Assembly: GCA_002840975.1 (NCBI GenBank)
Contig: PHDN01000015.1
Location: 35,192-99,191 of the forward strand
Source of the DNA: Bacteroidetes bacterium HGW-Bacteroidetes-16
GTDB taxonomy: Bacteria > Bacteroidota > Bacteroidia > Bacteroidales > F082
Length of the DNA stretch: 64,000 bases
Reading direction: 5' to 3'
Position numbers and translations under genes: made by a program. Of the stretch, positions 38,784 to 48,668 are shown in pieces. The notes below the pieces were generated by a model. That model did not search any database. It saw nothing but the letters and a program-made list of their open reading frames with translations, and was not told where the DNA came from. The stretch's first letter is position 1. The number at the start of each line of letters is the position of its first letter.

Positions 38784-40052
38784 TTAAAATCTATAACCAA
38801 GTAAAAAGTAATATCTTTTTGTAGTTGATTTCAGATCAGTATATTCTGACATACCATTTTTCGCGTCGTACCTGGTTTCAAATGAAAACCTTTTGTATTT
38901 AATTCCTATTCCCAGGATATATCCTATTTCCAATTTTCTGGTGCCATCGATTGCATTCCCTTCTTCAACTGTTTGAATGTCAAAGAATGTTGATTCAACT
39001 TTTTTGTAATTTGTTTCGTTAATGGTAAATCCGGTTGAAATCCCACCGTTTAGAAAAACGAAAACCCCTCCGATCGGATATTTGTAACGAACCATATTAT
39101 TGACGTTCAAATAGGTATAGGCAAATTTGGTATGGGTAATTATATATCTGTTTTCATGCCAGTATTCTTCCACACGACCAGCAACGTTATACGAAGTAAG
39201 AGTCAGCTCATTGTATATAGACCATTTGGCCTGATTTCTTGATAATATCACATCAAAAAATATCCCGGTAGAGAAATTTACAGACTGGTTGTAATTTGCA
39301 TTGACAAGGTAGTCAAAATTAGTGCCTTTGAATTTTAATGAAGTTAATGTTAATCCTCCCAATACACCAATTTCAACGGAGATTTTTTCTGTTTTTTTCT
39401 GAAAATTAACTTCGGAATTGGTACAATTGTAAAAGTATAGAAACAAGTTCTCCATGCTCTTTTTGCGGTATTCTGTATTATTTAATTTTGATTGAATCTT
39501 TGGACAGTCCGCAAGATAAATGGTGAGCTGACCAATAAATCTTTTATTCTCACCAATTCCGTCCACTCCGTCCACTTCTCTTAAATACCTTTTATAAACC
39601 AGCAATTCGTAAGAAGAATCTTGTTTGATGTAGAATTGTTCTTTCCCGAAATTGTTCATGTAGAAATACAAGCTTTTTTTTCCTGTTATCATTGTTTGCA
39701 GGAAAGTGGTGTCGATGGTGAACTCTAAATCAGCATCATGTTCTAAGGCTCCGGTACTCATCGGACTTGATTCTGATTGTACAATTGCACTTTCATATCT
39801 TTCATCAAGTACACTAAATCCTTCAATATCCATTGGGGAATAAATATGCTTTTCTCCGCTTAACTTGTTTCTAAAGGATATTTTATCAGGATTTCTATCC
39901 CAATTGCGATAATCAATATATCCATGTAAGGTATCACCTGTTTGAGGAAGGATGTATCCCGGCAAATAATTCTCCTGGCTATAAGTGTTTTGCAAAATGA
40001 TAATGGCAAATAGCGTTAACGCAATTTTTTCAATGATTTTTTTTGTTTCCAT
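38784..40052 (-). CDS. Hypothetical outer-membrane beta-barrel protein, first gene of the DUF3857 operon
   Basis: 422 aa. Signal peptide. Amphipathic beta-strand pattern. C-terminal ...YYFLLGYRF ends in the aromatic residue typical of OMP barrels. 9 nt gap to the next gene. Confidence 0.5.
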   Translation of the reverse strand: METKKIIEKIALTLFAIIILQNTYSQENYLPGYILPQTGDTLHGYIDYRNWDRNPDKISFRNKLSGEKHIYSPMDIEGFSVLDERYESAIVQSESSPMSTGALEHDADLEFTIDTTFLQTMITGKKSLYFYMNNFGKEQFYIKQDSSYELLVYKRYLREVDGVDGIGENKRFIGQLTIYLADCPKIQSKLNNTEYRKKSMENLFLYFYNCTNSEVNFQKKTEKISVEIGVLGGLTLTSLKFKGTNFDYLVNANYNQSVNFSTGIFFDVILSRNQAKWSIYNELTLTSYNVAGRVEEYWHENRYIITHTKFAYTYLNVNNMVRYKYPIGGVFVFLNGGISTGFTINETNYKKVESTFFDIQTVEEGNAIDGTRKLEIGYILGIGIKYKRFSFETRYDAKNGMSEYTDLKSTTKRYYFLLGYRF

Positions 40053-40301
40053 AATAGGATGTTTATTTCATAAGTTTATTTGTGTCATTCAGAAATTACA
40101 GAGAGCCGATTTTTCTTGAGTTTGCTTTTCTTTATATCAAGAATCAGGGTAGTGTTGTTAGCTAATTAGGGCCGCTAAATTAGGAATTAATTTGTTTGCT
40201 TGTAAGGGTGTACTGTTTTTTAAGCCCGGCTTTCTTTTTAAGCGTGCTCTTCGATCTGAAGTTTCTGCCGGCTTTGCTTGTCTGAGATTATTATAATACA
40301 C

Positions 40302-40334
40302 GTTCGCCAATGGGTTATACACCCATCAGCGAAC
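40302..40334 (-). terminator. Strong bipartite hairpin (gttcgc..atgggt-tatac-acccat..gcgaac) 17 nt downstream of the CxxCH gene stop; terminator or operator-like palindrome
   Basis: Two perfect 6-bp stems separated by a 2x2 internal loop, read directly. No clear U-tract follows. Confidence 0.35.
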
Positions 40335-40350
40335 TTGTTAGTGAAGGTGG

Positions 40351-40827
40351 CTATTGTGCCCATATCCTGTCCTGCGAAACCCCGTGACAGCTATTGCATT
40401 GTCCGGTAGTAATGGCTGACGACATATAGTTTGTAGATGATTTGCCCTGGACAGCAGGGAACAGGCCACTGCCAAATGTCACGTTTCCTGTGGTGTAAAA
40501 GTTTCCACGGGTATCTGCCTGAAACGTGTACTTTAAGGTGCCCGTTCCATTGGGACCGGTAAATAGTTTTACTGTTGCATTTGAAAACGTATTCGTTTTT
40601 TGTGCATCATACACGGTACCTGCAACGGTAAAAATTCCTTCTCCCTGTCCACCCGATTTATGACAACTCATGCAATTTTTCCCCATGTTGTGACTGGTGC
40701 CTCCATTGAAAGACCCTTCGTTCGTGTTGTCTCCTTCTCCTCCTGAGAGCTCGGTGTTTTTTTGACAGGACTGTGTTGCCAAAGCGAATACAAATAGCAG
40801 TAATACTGCAATCAAATTTAATCTCAT
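40351..40827 (-). CDS. Small secreted protein with two CxxCH heme-binding motifs (putative di-heme c-type cytochrome) flanking a carboxypeptidase-regulatory-like beta-sandwich segment
   Basis: 158 aa. Signal peptide MRLNLIAVLLLFVFALATQSC. Motifs CMSCH and CNSCH. The middle segment FTVAGTVYDAQKTNTFSNATVKLFTGPNGTG...TRGNFYTTG resembles a CarbopepD_reg beta-sandwich. Confidence 0.5.
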   Translation of the reverse strand: MRLNLIAVLLLFVFALATQSCQKNTELSGGEGDNTNEGSFNGGTSHNMGKNCMSCHKSGGQGEGIFTVAGTVYDAQKTNTFSNATVKLFTGPNGTGTLKYTFQADTRGNFYTTGNVTFGSGLFPAVQGKSSTNYMSSAITTGQCNSCHGVSQDRIWAQ

Positions 40828-41314
40828 AATAGTCTAGTTTTTGGTTTTCCTACTCATCTGGCTTTTCGGTTCCGCCCCATTTTTTTAGGTGGTTTCTGGT
40901 CTCCAAAGAATAGTGTTTACACAAAGTATCTGAATTCAAATAAATTGTGACGCAGATTTGGTTAGGGCTTGTGATTTTGAATGGATAGAAAACAGGTAGG
41001 ATTTCTATAAGGTTTTAAGATGTTGTCTGCGGTCTAATGGTTCAAAATCAACATTTAGAGATTTGAATGAGCAATTTGGTTAAGAAACTGAATATGTGTT
41101 AGCCGACCAGACTGATTTATTAACGGAAGTTGAGAGTTGTTTATTTTATTTGCTTGTTAATTTATAACAAAGGAATGCGCAATGGTTGTTCAAAATCGCT
41201 CCAGAGGTGGGGTGTAACCAAAAAAAAAGCCCATCATTTTTGAAGGGCGTTTTTGTTGATGACGGTGTGTTACTGATTTATCTCCGCTTGATTTGGCAGC
41301 TACCCAGTTTAACA

Positions 41315-41977
41315 TCATTGTTGTAGATTTCGATTTTGTAGATGCCACCTGAAAGTTTTTTCTTTGTCTATTTTTTTACGCAGGATGTTCACATATACAT
41401 CCACCACATTTGTTCCTGTGTCAAAAGTAATATCCCAAACTTTTTCTGCAATATCCACCCTGGAAACCACCCTTCCTTTGTTACGGAAAAAGTATTCCAA
41501 TAGTCCAAATTCTTTTGCGGTCAGCTCTATTTTTTTGCCTGACCTGATGGCCATTTTTTTGTCCATGTCCAATTCAAGATCGGCAACTTTCAGCTTATTG
41601 CTGGCTTCGTGGATATTCGATGTTCTCTTGGTGAGCGCTTTTATACGCGATATTAACTCCCTGAATTCAAATGGTTTAACCAGATAGTCGTCGGCACCAG
41701 CATCAAATCCGGCTACTTTGTCCTCGGTGGTTCCAAGCGCGGTTAACATCAAAATGGGGAGGGTAGGCTTTACTTCTTTGATTTGCTTGCAAAGTTCAAT
41801 GCCATTGATATATGGAATTACGATATCCAGCAGCAACAGGTCATAATGGTTAGCTATGGCAAACTTTTTACCCATCTGTCCATCGAAAACCACCTCTGTT
41901 TCGTAACCAAGTTCCTCCAATCCTTGTTTAATAAAGGAGGCTACCCGGGGCTCGTCTTCGATGATCAGGATTTTCAT
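41315..41977 (-). CDS. OmpR/PhoB-family response regulator (REC + winged-helix), orphan with no adjacent histidine kinase
   Basis: Start MKILIIEDEPRVASFIKQGLEELGYE. Phospho-acceptor region LLLLDIVIP. wHTH region NVVDVYVNILRKKIDK. The ORF track extends 8 codons upstream to an earlier ATG. Confidence 0.8.
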   Translation of the reverse strand: MKILIIEDEPRVASFIKQGLEELGYETEVVFDGQMGKKFAIANHYDLLLLDIVIPYINGIELCKQIKEVKPTLPILMLTALGTTEDKVAGFDAGADDYLVKPFEFRELISRIKALTKRTSNIHEASNKLKVADLELDMDKKMAIRSGKKIELTAKEFGLLEYFFRNKGRVVSRVDIAEKVWDITFDTGTNVVDVYVNILRKKIDKEKTFRWHLQNRNLQQ

Positions 41978-42259
41978 TATGTTGGATATTTCAAAGGCCA
42001 AATCTACTTCTTTTTTGCTCTTTATTAAGCATGACAGAATATTTTGAATTTTTGTACTTCAAATTAAACAGAAGATTAATTGAATGCTGATTGTAGTAAA
42101 ATATACGGTATTCACCGTTTTAAACTACTTTTCAGGATCAGTACTATTTTCTTCATAAAAAAAAGTCTGTATGCATGCAAACAGACTTTTTTATTTAACA
42201 AATAATCTTGACAGAACTAATCCTTTGTAAATCAGTCAAAGCCAGGTGTAGGTTGTATA

Positions 42260-45200
42260 TTATCTGGCTACTTCCACAATCAAATAACCCTCAATAATAT
42301 CACCTATTTTAATGTCATTGAAGTTGTCGATATTCAAACCGCACTCGTAATTGGAAGTAACTTCTTTTACATCGTCCTTAAAGCGTTTAAGCGAACCCAG
42401 GGTTCCGGTATGAATTACAATGCCATCGCGGATAACACGTATCTTGGTGTGACGGGTGATTTTACCATCCAATACAAAACATCCGGCAATGTTGCCTACC
42501 TTAGTGATATTAAAGACCTCGCGTACTTCAACATTACAGGTGATTTTTTCTTCCATCTTGGGACTCAACATGCCTTCGATAGCTGTTTTAAGCTCTTCGG
42601 TGGCCTGATAAATGATGGAGTAAAGACGGATATCGATTTCTTCTTTCTCGGCCAGTTTTCGTGCCTGACTGGAAGGCCTGACCTGGAACCCGATGATGAT
42701 GGCATCGGAAGCCGAAGCAAGCATCACGTCTGATTCGGTTATGGCACCTACTGCTTTGTGTATCACGTTTACCTGTACCTCGCGGGTGGATAGTTTTAAC
42801 AAGGCATCCGACAAGGCTTCAACTGATCCGTCCACATCACCTTTAACAATCACGTTGAGTTCTTTAAAGTCGCCAATGGCAATCCGTCGGCCAATTTCGT
42901 CCAGGGTAATGTGTTTTTGAGTACGTAAGCTTTGTTCGCGCATCAGCTGATGACGTTTTGAAGCTACGTTTTTGGCTTCTTTTTCATCTGACATAATGTT
43001 GAAAAGATCACCAGCCTGAGGAGCCGAATTTAAACCAAGCATCAGCACGGGAACTGATGGTCCGGCAGAATCTACGGCTTTGTTACGTTCGTTAAACATG
43101 GCCTTTACTTTTCCATAAACAGAACCTGCCAGAATAATGTCCCCTTTTTTCACGGTGCCATCCTGAACCAGCACCGTAGCTACAAAACCACGGCCTTTAT
43201 CAAGAGACGCCTCGATGACGGTACCGCGACCCAGCTTTGTTGGATTGGCCTGTAATTGTAACATTTCGGATTCGAGCAGCACTTTTTCAAGAAGTTCGGC
43301 AACGCCTGTACCTTTGATGGCTGATATTTCCTGCGATTGATATTTCCCTCCCCAGTCTTCCACCAGGATGTTCATGTTGGCTAATTGTTCTTTTATTTTT
43401 TCGGAGTTGGCTCCCGGTTTATCCATTTTGTTAAAAGCGAACACGAGAGGTACGCCAGCTGCCTGAGCATGGTTAATGGCTTCACGCGTTTGAGGCATCA
43501 CGCTGTCGTCGGCAGCAATAACAATAATTGCTATGTCGGTTACTTTGGCTCCCCTGGCACGCATGGCCGTAAAGGCTTCATGACCCGGTGTATCAAGGAA
43601 AGTGACTTTTTTACCGCTGTCGGTGGTTACTTCGTAGGCGCCAATATGTTGTGTGATACCCCCTGCTTCACCGGCCACTACATTGGCTTTTCGGATGTAG
43701 TCGAGCAACTTGGTTTTACCATGGTCCACGTGTCCCATGACAGTTACTATCGGAGCTCTTTCGACCATCTGGGCAGGATCGTCGGGTAATTCCTGAAGAT
43801 CTACATGGTCAGTATCGTCGAGGCTGATAAACGCTACTTTAAAGCCAAATTCTTCAGCAACCAACGCGATGGTCTCTGCATCCAATCGTTGATTGATTGA
43901 AACAAACATACCTAGCTGCATGCAGGTGGTAATAATCTGGGTAACACCTGTATTCATTAAATTGGCAAGCTCGTTGGCTGTCAGGAATTCGGTTACCTTC
44001 AAAATGGATTTTTCATCCTCCTGTCTCTGCATTTCCTCAGCCAGGTGGTGTGATACATGTTCTCTTTTCTCTTTCCTGTGTTTGGCAGCCTTGGATTTTC
44101 CTGTTGGAGCTAAACGGGCCAGTGTATCTTTAATCTTCTTTTGAATTTCTTCATCGGTGGGCTCCGTTTTAACCAATGGTTTTTTAACCGGTGGAACAAA
44201 TTTTTTCTTGCCCGCCTGTTCTCTGGGTCTTTCCTGTTTGGTCTGAGTTTCATCAGGTTTAACCTTAATGCGTTTTCGCTTCTTTTTCTTTGCAGCACTG
44301 TCATCGCTGGAGGAAGCAACCGGAGATCCTTTTTTCCGTCTGACCTCTATTGGCAGGTCGATTTTGCCAAAGATAACCGGTCCGGCCAATTTTTCGAACT
44401 TTGTTTTAAGGAAATTATCAGGTTCTTTTTCCCCGGTAAACTTCGTTTCTATAATCTTCCCCGGTTTTGAAGTTTCAATACCAGTTGCCTCTTTTTCAAC
44501 AGGTTGTTTAAATGCTTCTTCGGCTTTCTTAGTGTCAACTGCATGTGCTGCTTTTTCAACCGACTTATCTTTCTTTCTGAAAGTATCAATTGATTTCTGT
44601 TTATCAGAAGCTTCTTTCTTCTTTTCGGCTTTTGTTTTTTTCTTTGGCCTGGTTCGTTGGTTTAAACTATCCAAATCAATCTTTCCATAAACCTTCAAAC
44701 TTCCCTTTAGATCCTCAACTGTTTCTTCTTCTTCATCTTCTTCAACAAGTTCTTTCTCTGTCTCTATCGGTGCTTCCTGAATTTTTTCATGTTGCGATCT
44801 GGTTGGTTCATGAATTGGAGCCAGCGGTTTAGGCATGGCCGGAAGAGATGATTCAATGGGTTGTTCGGCAACATTTTCTTCCGATTCGGGTTTTTGTACG
44901 GTTATTTTTTCTGCCTCCACTACCTTTTCAGGCTCGGGTACTCTCTCTGGTATTATTTGAGTTTTAACCTCTTTTACCTCGGTAGTTTTTACTATTTCGG
45001 GTTCAGCCTGAGAAATAGCTGGTTTTTTTTCAATGATTTCCGCCTTAGGTGATTCTGAGGATATTTCTGATTTTTTAATGGGTTCACGTTCCGGCATGGC
45101 ATTGGGAACGTTTTCTCTTGATGCGTTTCTTTCGGCAGCCGTGGAAGGTATGTTTTTTAAAGATTTTTTAAAGTATTCAACACCTGTGTTTTTAATGATG

Positions 45201-45499
45201 ACCTCATCGTCGATGGGATACTCTTCCTGTTTTTTCTCCTCCCTGACAGTAGGATTTTCGATCGTAATACTTTGTTTCCCAATGAACTCAAGTCCTTTTT
45301 GTTTCGATATTTCTTTAACGTGCTTCTCCTCCTGAAACTCATTAAAAAGAAGATCATACATTTGAGGATCAAGCTTGGTATTGGGATTGCGATCGATAAC
45401 AAAGCCTTTTTTGCCCAGGAATTCAATCACCGAGTCGATGCTGATGTTAAACTCGCGGGCGGCCTTACTTAATCTTACTACCTTGTTGGCTTCTGACAT
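42260..45499 (-). CDS. infB: Translation initiation factor IF-2
   Basis: 1079 aa. Roughly 560 aa low-complexity K/E/P-rich N-terminal region, then the G domain ([24 protein letters not shown]) and C-terminal beta-barrels. Confidence 0.9.
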   Translation of the reverse strand: MSEANKVVRLSKAAREFNISIDSVIEFLGKKGFVIDRNPNTKLDPQMYDLLFNEFQEEKHVKEISKQKGLEFIGKQSITIENPTVREEKKQEEYPIDDEVIIKNTGVEYFKKSLKNIPSTAAERNASRENVPNAMPEREPIKKSEISSESPKAEIIEKKPAISQAEPEIVKTTEVKEVKTQIIPERVPEPEKVVEAEKITVQKPESEENVAEQPIESSLPAMPKPLAPIHEPTRSQHEKIQEAPIETEKELVEEDEEEETVEDLKGSLKVYGKIDLDSLNQRTRPKKKTKAEKKKEASDKQKSIDTFRKKDKSVEKAAHAVDTKKAEEAFKQPVEKEATGIETSKPGKIIETKFTGEKEPDNFLKTKFEKLAGPVIFGKIDLPIEVRRKKGSPVASSSDDSAAKKKKRKRIKVKPDETQTKQERPREQAGKKKFVPPVKKPLVKTEPTDEEIQKKIKDTLARLAPTGKSKAAKHRKEKREHVSHHLAEEMQRQEDEKSILKVTEFLTANELANLMNTGVTQIITTCMQLGMFVSINQRLDAETIALVAEEFGFKVAFISLDDTDHVDLQELPDDPAQMVERAPIVTVMGHVDHGKTKLLDYIRKANVVAGEAGGITQHIGAYEVTTDSGKKVTFLDTPGHEAFTAMRARGAKVTDIAIIVIAADDSVMPQTREAINHAQAAGVPLVFAFNKMDKPGANSEKIKEQLANMNILVEDWGGKYQSQEISAIKGTGVAELLEKVLLESEMLQLQANPTKLGRGTVIEASLDKGRGFVATVLVQDGTVKKGDIILAGSVYGKVKAMFNERNKAVDSAGPSVPVLMLGLNSAPQAGDLFNIMSDEKEAKNVASKRHQLMREQSLRTQKHITLDEIGRRIAIGDFKELNVIVKGDVDGSVEALSDALLKLSTREVQVNVIHKAVGAITESDVMLASASDAIIIGFQVRPSSQARKLAEKEEIDIRLYSIIYQATEELKTAIEGMLSPKMEEKITCNVEVREVFNITKVGNIAGCFVLDGKITRHTKIRVIRDGIVIHTGTLGSLKRFKDDVKEVTSNYECGLNIDNFNDIKIGDIIEGYLIVEVAR

Positions 45500-45556
45500 A
45501 TTATTGTTGTTTATAAACGCTCAAATTATTTCACAAATTACCACTTTGCAAACACA

Positions 45557-46792
45557 TTATTCAAATTCTGTTCTAAGAATGCGTAAAACTTCCTGAATGG
45601 TTTCTTCTTCCAGATCAGTGCGGTTAACAAGCTCTTCGATATCCAGTTCAAGCACGCTTTTAGCAGTATCGCATCCAATGGTTTTTAGTTCGTCGATAAT
45701 CCACTGGTCGATTTCATCTGTAAATTCCTGTAGGTCGACATCTTCGCTGTCGGTATCGCTATCACGATACACATCAATTTCGTAGCCGGTAAGTTTACCG
45801 GCAAGCTTGATATTGTATCCGCCTTTTCCGATGGCCAGCGATACCTGATCGGGTTTCATGTACACTTCGGCACGTTTATTTTCTTCATCAAGTTTGATGG
45901 AAGTAATTTTTGCAGGCGAAAGCGCACGTTGAATAAACAGCGATTTGTTTGATGTGTAATTGATTACATCGATATTTTCATTCTTAAGTTCACGAACGAT
46001 GCCGTGAATCCTTGATCCTTTCATCCCTACACAGGCTCCAACCGGGTCGATGCGGTCATCGTACGATTCCACAGCAATCTTAGCCCTTTCTCCAGGTACC
46101 CGGTCAATTTTTTTGATGGTGATCAGACCGTCAAAAACTTCAGGTACTTCTGCCTCGAACAAGCGTTCGAGAAAAATGGGAGAAGTACGCGAAAGGATGA
46201 TAACTGGCGAATTGTTGCGCATGTCAACTTTCGATACGATGGCCCTGATGGAGTCACCTTTGCGGTAATAATCCTGTGGGATTTGTTCCGACTTCGGCAG
46301 GAGGAGTTCTATTCCTTCATCATCCAACACCAGAATTTCCTTTTTCCACACCTGGTAAACTTCACCTGTGATAATGTCACCAACTTTTTCTTTATATTTA
46401 CGGAATACGTTGTCTTTCTCATAGTCTAATATTCTGGAAACCAGATTTTGACGGATAGCTAACACTTCTCTTCTGCCAAAATCTTTTAGCCAGATTTGTT
46501 GCGAAAATTCTTCCCCTACCTCAAAATCGGGCTCCACTTTTATGGCATCCGAAATAGCAATCTGAAGATTTTCGTCTTCTACTTTGCCGTCTTCAACAAT
46601 TTCTCTGTAGTGCCATATTTCAAGGTCACCCTTGTCGATGTTCACGATGATATCGAAATTGCTCTCGGGGCCATATTTTTTAGTGAGCATGCTGTGAAAA
46701 ACATCCTCGAGAATACGCATCATGGTTTCTCTGTCGATGTTTTTAAATTCTTTAAACTCCGAAAAGGTCTCAACAAGGTTCATGTTATCCAT
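45557..46792 (-). CDS. nusA: Transcription termination/antitermination factor NusA
   Basis: 411 aa. N-terminal domain, S1 domain, two KH domains. Confidence 0.9.
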   Translation of the reverse strand: MDNMNLVETFSEFKEFKNIDRETMMRILEDVFHSMLTKKYGPESNFDIIVNIDKGDLEIWHYREIVEDGKVEDENLQIAISDAIKVEPDFEVGEEFSQQIWLKDFGRREVLAIRQNLVSRILDYEKDNVFRKYKEKVGDIITGEVYQVWKKEILVLDDEGIELLLPKSEQIPQDYYRKGDSIRAIVSKVDMRNNSPVIILSRTSPIFLERLFEAEVPEVFDGLITIKKIDRVPGERAKIAVESYDDRIDPVGACVGMKGSRIHGIVRELKNENIDVINYTSNKSLFIQRALSPAKITSIKLDEENKRAEVYMKPDQVSLAIGKGGYNIKLAGKLTGYEIDVYRDSDTDSEDVDLQEFTDEIDQWIIDELKTIGCDTAKSVLELDIEELVNRTDLEEETIQEVLRILRTEFE

Positions 46793-46814
46793 TGCGAAAA
46801 TAATTTACTGTCTG

Positions 46815-47276
46815 TTAAAAAGTTACAATTCCTTTAGCTTCAATTATTGATGTCATGGGGAAAGTGATCAGCTCTCCCGGCTCAATTTTTTTACTTTTTT
46901 TATTTTTGTTCTTTGCCTGATCGAAAAATTCGATTTGGGTTTCTGTGGCCGACTTCAATAACCCTTTCAATTGCGTTCCGTCGCTTAACTTAATCTGTAT
47001 GGCTTTGCCCACATACTTCTGATATTGTCGCAGGAGTGTGAATGGCTGGCCTATACCTGATGAACTCACGTTCAGTTCATAATCTTCGATTTCACGGTCA
47101 AGCTTACTTTCGATATACTTGCTCAGAGCGATACAATGCTCGATTAAAACGCCCGAATCGCTGTCGATAAATACCAATATGCGGTTTTCGGCATTGGAAT
47201 TTACCTCCACTACAAAACGGTCGGTTCCTGTTAAAAACCCACTGGCTAATTCTACTATGGTTTCTTTTTTTATCAT
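46815..47276 (-). CDS. rimP: Ribosome maturation factor RimP
   Basis: 153 aa. First gene of the conserved rimP-nusA-infB operon. Confidence 0.85.
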   Translation of the reverse strand: MIKKETIVELASGFLTGTDRFVVEVNSNAENRILVFIDSDSGVLIEHCIALSKYIESKLDREIEDYELNVSSSGIGQPFTLLRQYQKYVGKAIQIKLSDGTQLKGLLKSATETQIEFFDQAKNKNKKSKKIEPGELITFPMTSIIEAKGIVTF

Positions 47277-47281
47277 ACTAT

Positions 47282-47305
47282 AAAAAGAGGGGACCCGTGT
47301 CCCCT
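47282..47305 (-). terminator. Hairpin (7-bp GC-rich stem aggggac/gtcccct, 4-nt loop) plus U5 tract following tRNA-Gln
   Basis: Inverted repeat at 47288-47305 with the + strand A5 run at 47283-47287, which is the U tract on the minus strand. Sits between the tRNA 3' end and the rimP start. Confidence 0.5.
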
Positions 47306-47326
47306 CACCTCAAAATCTCTCTCTCG

Positions 47327-47397
47327 TTGTCCGACAAGGATTCGAACCTTGACAGGCAGAATCAAAATCTGCAGTGCTGCCGTTACACCATCGGACA
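47327..47397 (-). tRNA. tRNA-Gln (anticodon TTG), 71 nt, CCA not encoded
   Basis: Manual fold gives a 7-bp acceptor stem (TGTCCGA/TCGGACA, all Watson-Crick), U8, D stem GTGT/GCAC, anticodon stem GCAGA/TCTGC with loop TTTTGAT, and T arm CAAGG-TTCGAAT-CCTTG. The discriminator is A. Confidence 0.85.
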
Positions 47398-47497
47398 TTC
47401 GGGGCGCAAAGATACTCCATTTTTTCTTATTCCAAACTATTCAAATAAAAAATTGGCAGTGTATGTGCAGCAATGGTGCTTCCGTTATTTGATATGC

Positions 47498-47505
47498 TAT
47501 CTTTG
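47498..47505 (+). promoter_or_regulatory. Candidate -7 box TAtcTTTG for lpxB
   Basis: Exact TAnnTTTG match 26 nt upstream of the lpxB ATG (47532). Confidence 0.3.
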
Positions 47506-47531
47506 TCAGGAATTGTTAGCAATTTTTATAA

Positions 47532-48650
47532 ATGAAATACTACCTTATTTCGGGTGAAGCTTCGGGTGATCTGCATGGGGCAAACCTGATGAAATCATTA
47601 AAAAATCTGGATGCCGGAGCTGAATTCAGGGTTTGGGGCGGTGATAGGATGAAAAATGAAGGGGGAGTGCTCGTAAAACATTACCGTGATTTGGCTTTTA
47701 TGGGATTTATTGAGGTGCTTTTTAACCTCCGGACCGTGTTAAAAAATATCTCCTTTTGCAAAAAAGACCTGCTTTGTCATAAGCCCGATGTGTTGATCCT
47801 GATCGATTATCCGGGATTTAACCTTCGCATTGCTGAATTTGCTCATCAACAGGGAATAAAGGTGGCTTATTATATCTCACCTCAAATTTGGGCCTGGAAA
47901 AAAAGCAGGGTACATCTCATTAAACGGGTGGTTGATCGGATGATGGTTATATTGCCCTTTGAGTCCGACTTCTATAAAAAATACAATTTCAAAGTTGATT
48001 TTGTCGGGCATCCCTTGCTCGATGCCATCCACTTTGAGCCTGTTGTCGATAAAAAGACATTTTTAAGCAAGCATCGCCTAACCGATAAACCCGTTATCGC
48101 CTTACTGCCCGGAAGTCGTAAGCAGGAGGTGAGCATGATGCTGAGTGAGATGCTCAAAGTGATTCCTTTCTATCCCGATCACCAGTTTGTTATTGCAGGC
48201 GTGGGCAATTTTCCTGATGATGCCTATGCTTCCTTCACTCATGACAAAAATGTAACAGTGGTTTTTGATGAAACGCATCAACTGTTGCGAACGGCACAGG
48301 CTGCCCTGGTAACCTCTGGTACTGCGACTCTTGAAACCGCGCTGCTGGGTGTGCCCGAAGTGGTATGCTACAAGGGAAATTCTTTAAGTTACCAAATTGC
48401 CCGGCGGGTAGTTGATGTAAAATACATCTCATTGGTCAACCTGATAATGGACAGGGAAGTGGTAAAAGAGTTGATCCAGGGCGAGCTTAACACACAAAAT
48501 CTGAGAAAGCAGTTGGATTTATTGTTGTTCGATCATGCCTATCGTTCAAAATTAAAGGCCGATTACATCGAACTGGTGAGTAAATTAGGTAGTTTGGGGG
48601 CTTCCGATCGTGCCGCGAATTTAATCGTCAGCATGATAAAACCAGGATAA
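47532..48650 (+). CDS. lpxB: Lipid-A-disaccharide synthase
   Basis: 372 aa. N-terminal MKYYLISGEASGDLHGANLM is typical of LpxB. GT19 family. Confidence 0.85.
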   Translation: MKYYLISGEASGDLHGANLMKSLKNLDAGAEFRVWGGDRMKNEGGVLVKHYRDLAFMGFIEVLFNLRTVLKNISFCKKDLLCHKPDVLILIDYPGFNLRIAEFAHQQGIKVAYYISPQIWAWKKSRVHLIKRVVDRMMVILPFESDFYKKYNFKVDFVGHPLLDAIHFEPVVDKKTFLSKHRLTDKPVIALLPGSRKQEVSMMLSEMLKVIPFYPDHQFVIAGVGNFPDDAYASFTHDKNVTVVFDETHQLLRTAQAALVTSGTATLETALLGVPEVVCYKGNSLSYQIARRVVDVKYISLVNLIMDREVVKELIQGELNTQNLRKQLDLLLFDHAYRSKLKADYIELVSKLGSLGASDRAANLIVSMIKPG

Positions 48651-48668
48651 ACAGGCAAAACTTCTCAA

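Noticed and set aside
41222-41260. Possible terminator (gccc...gggc plus T9) after the response regulator gene
   Set aside because: The stem is only 4 bp, which is too weak to call with any confidence. It is noted because the poly-A/T run is conspicuous.
44110-45472. Multiple 60-140-aa ORFs on both strands inside the infB 5' region
   Set aside because: They arise from the repetitive, low-complexity, Lys/Glu-coding N-terminal region of IF-2, and none has independent support.
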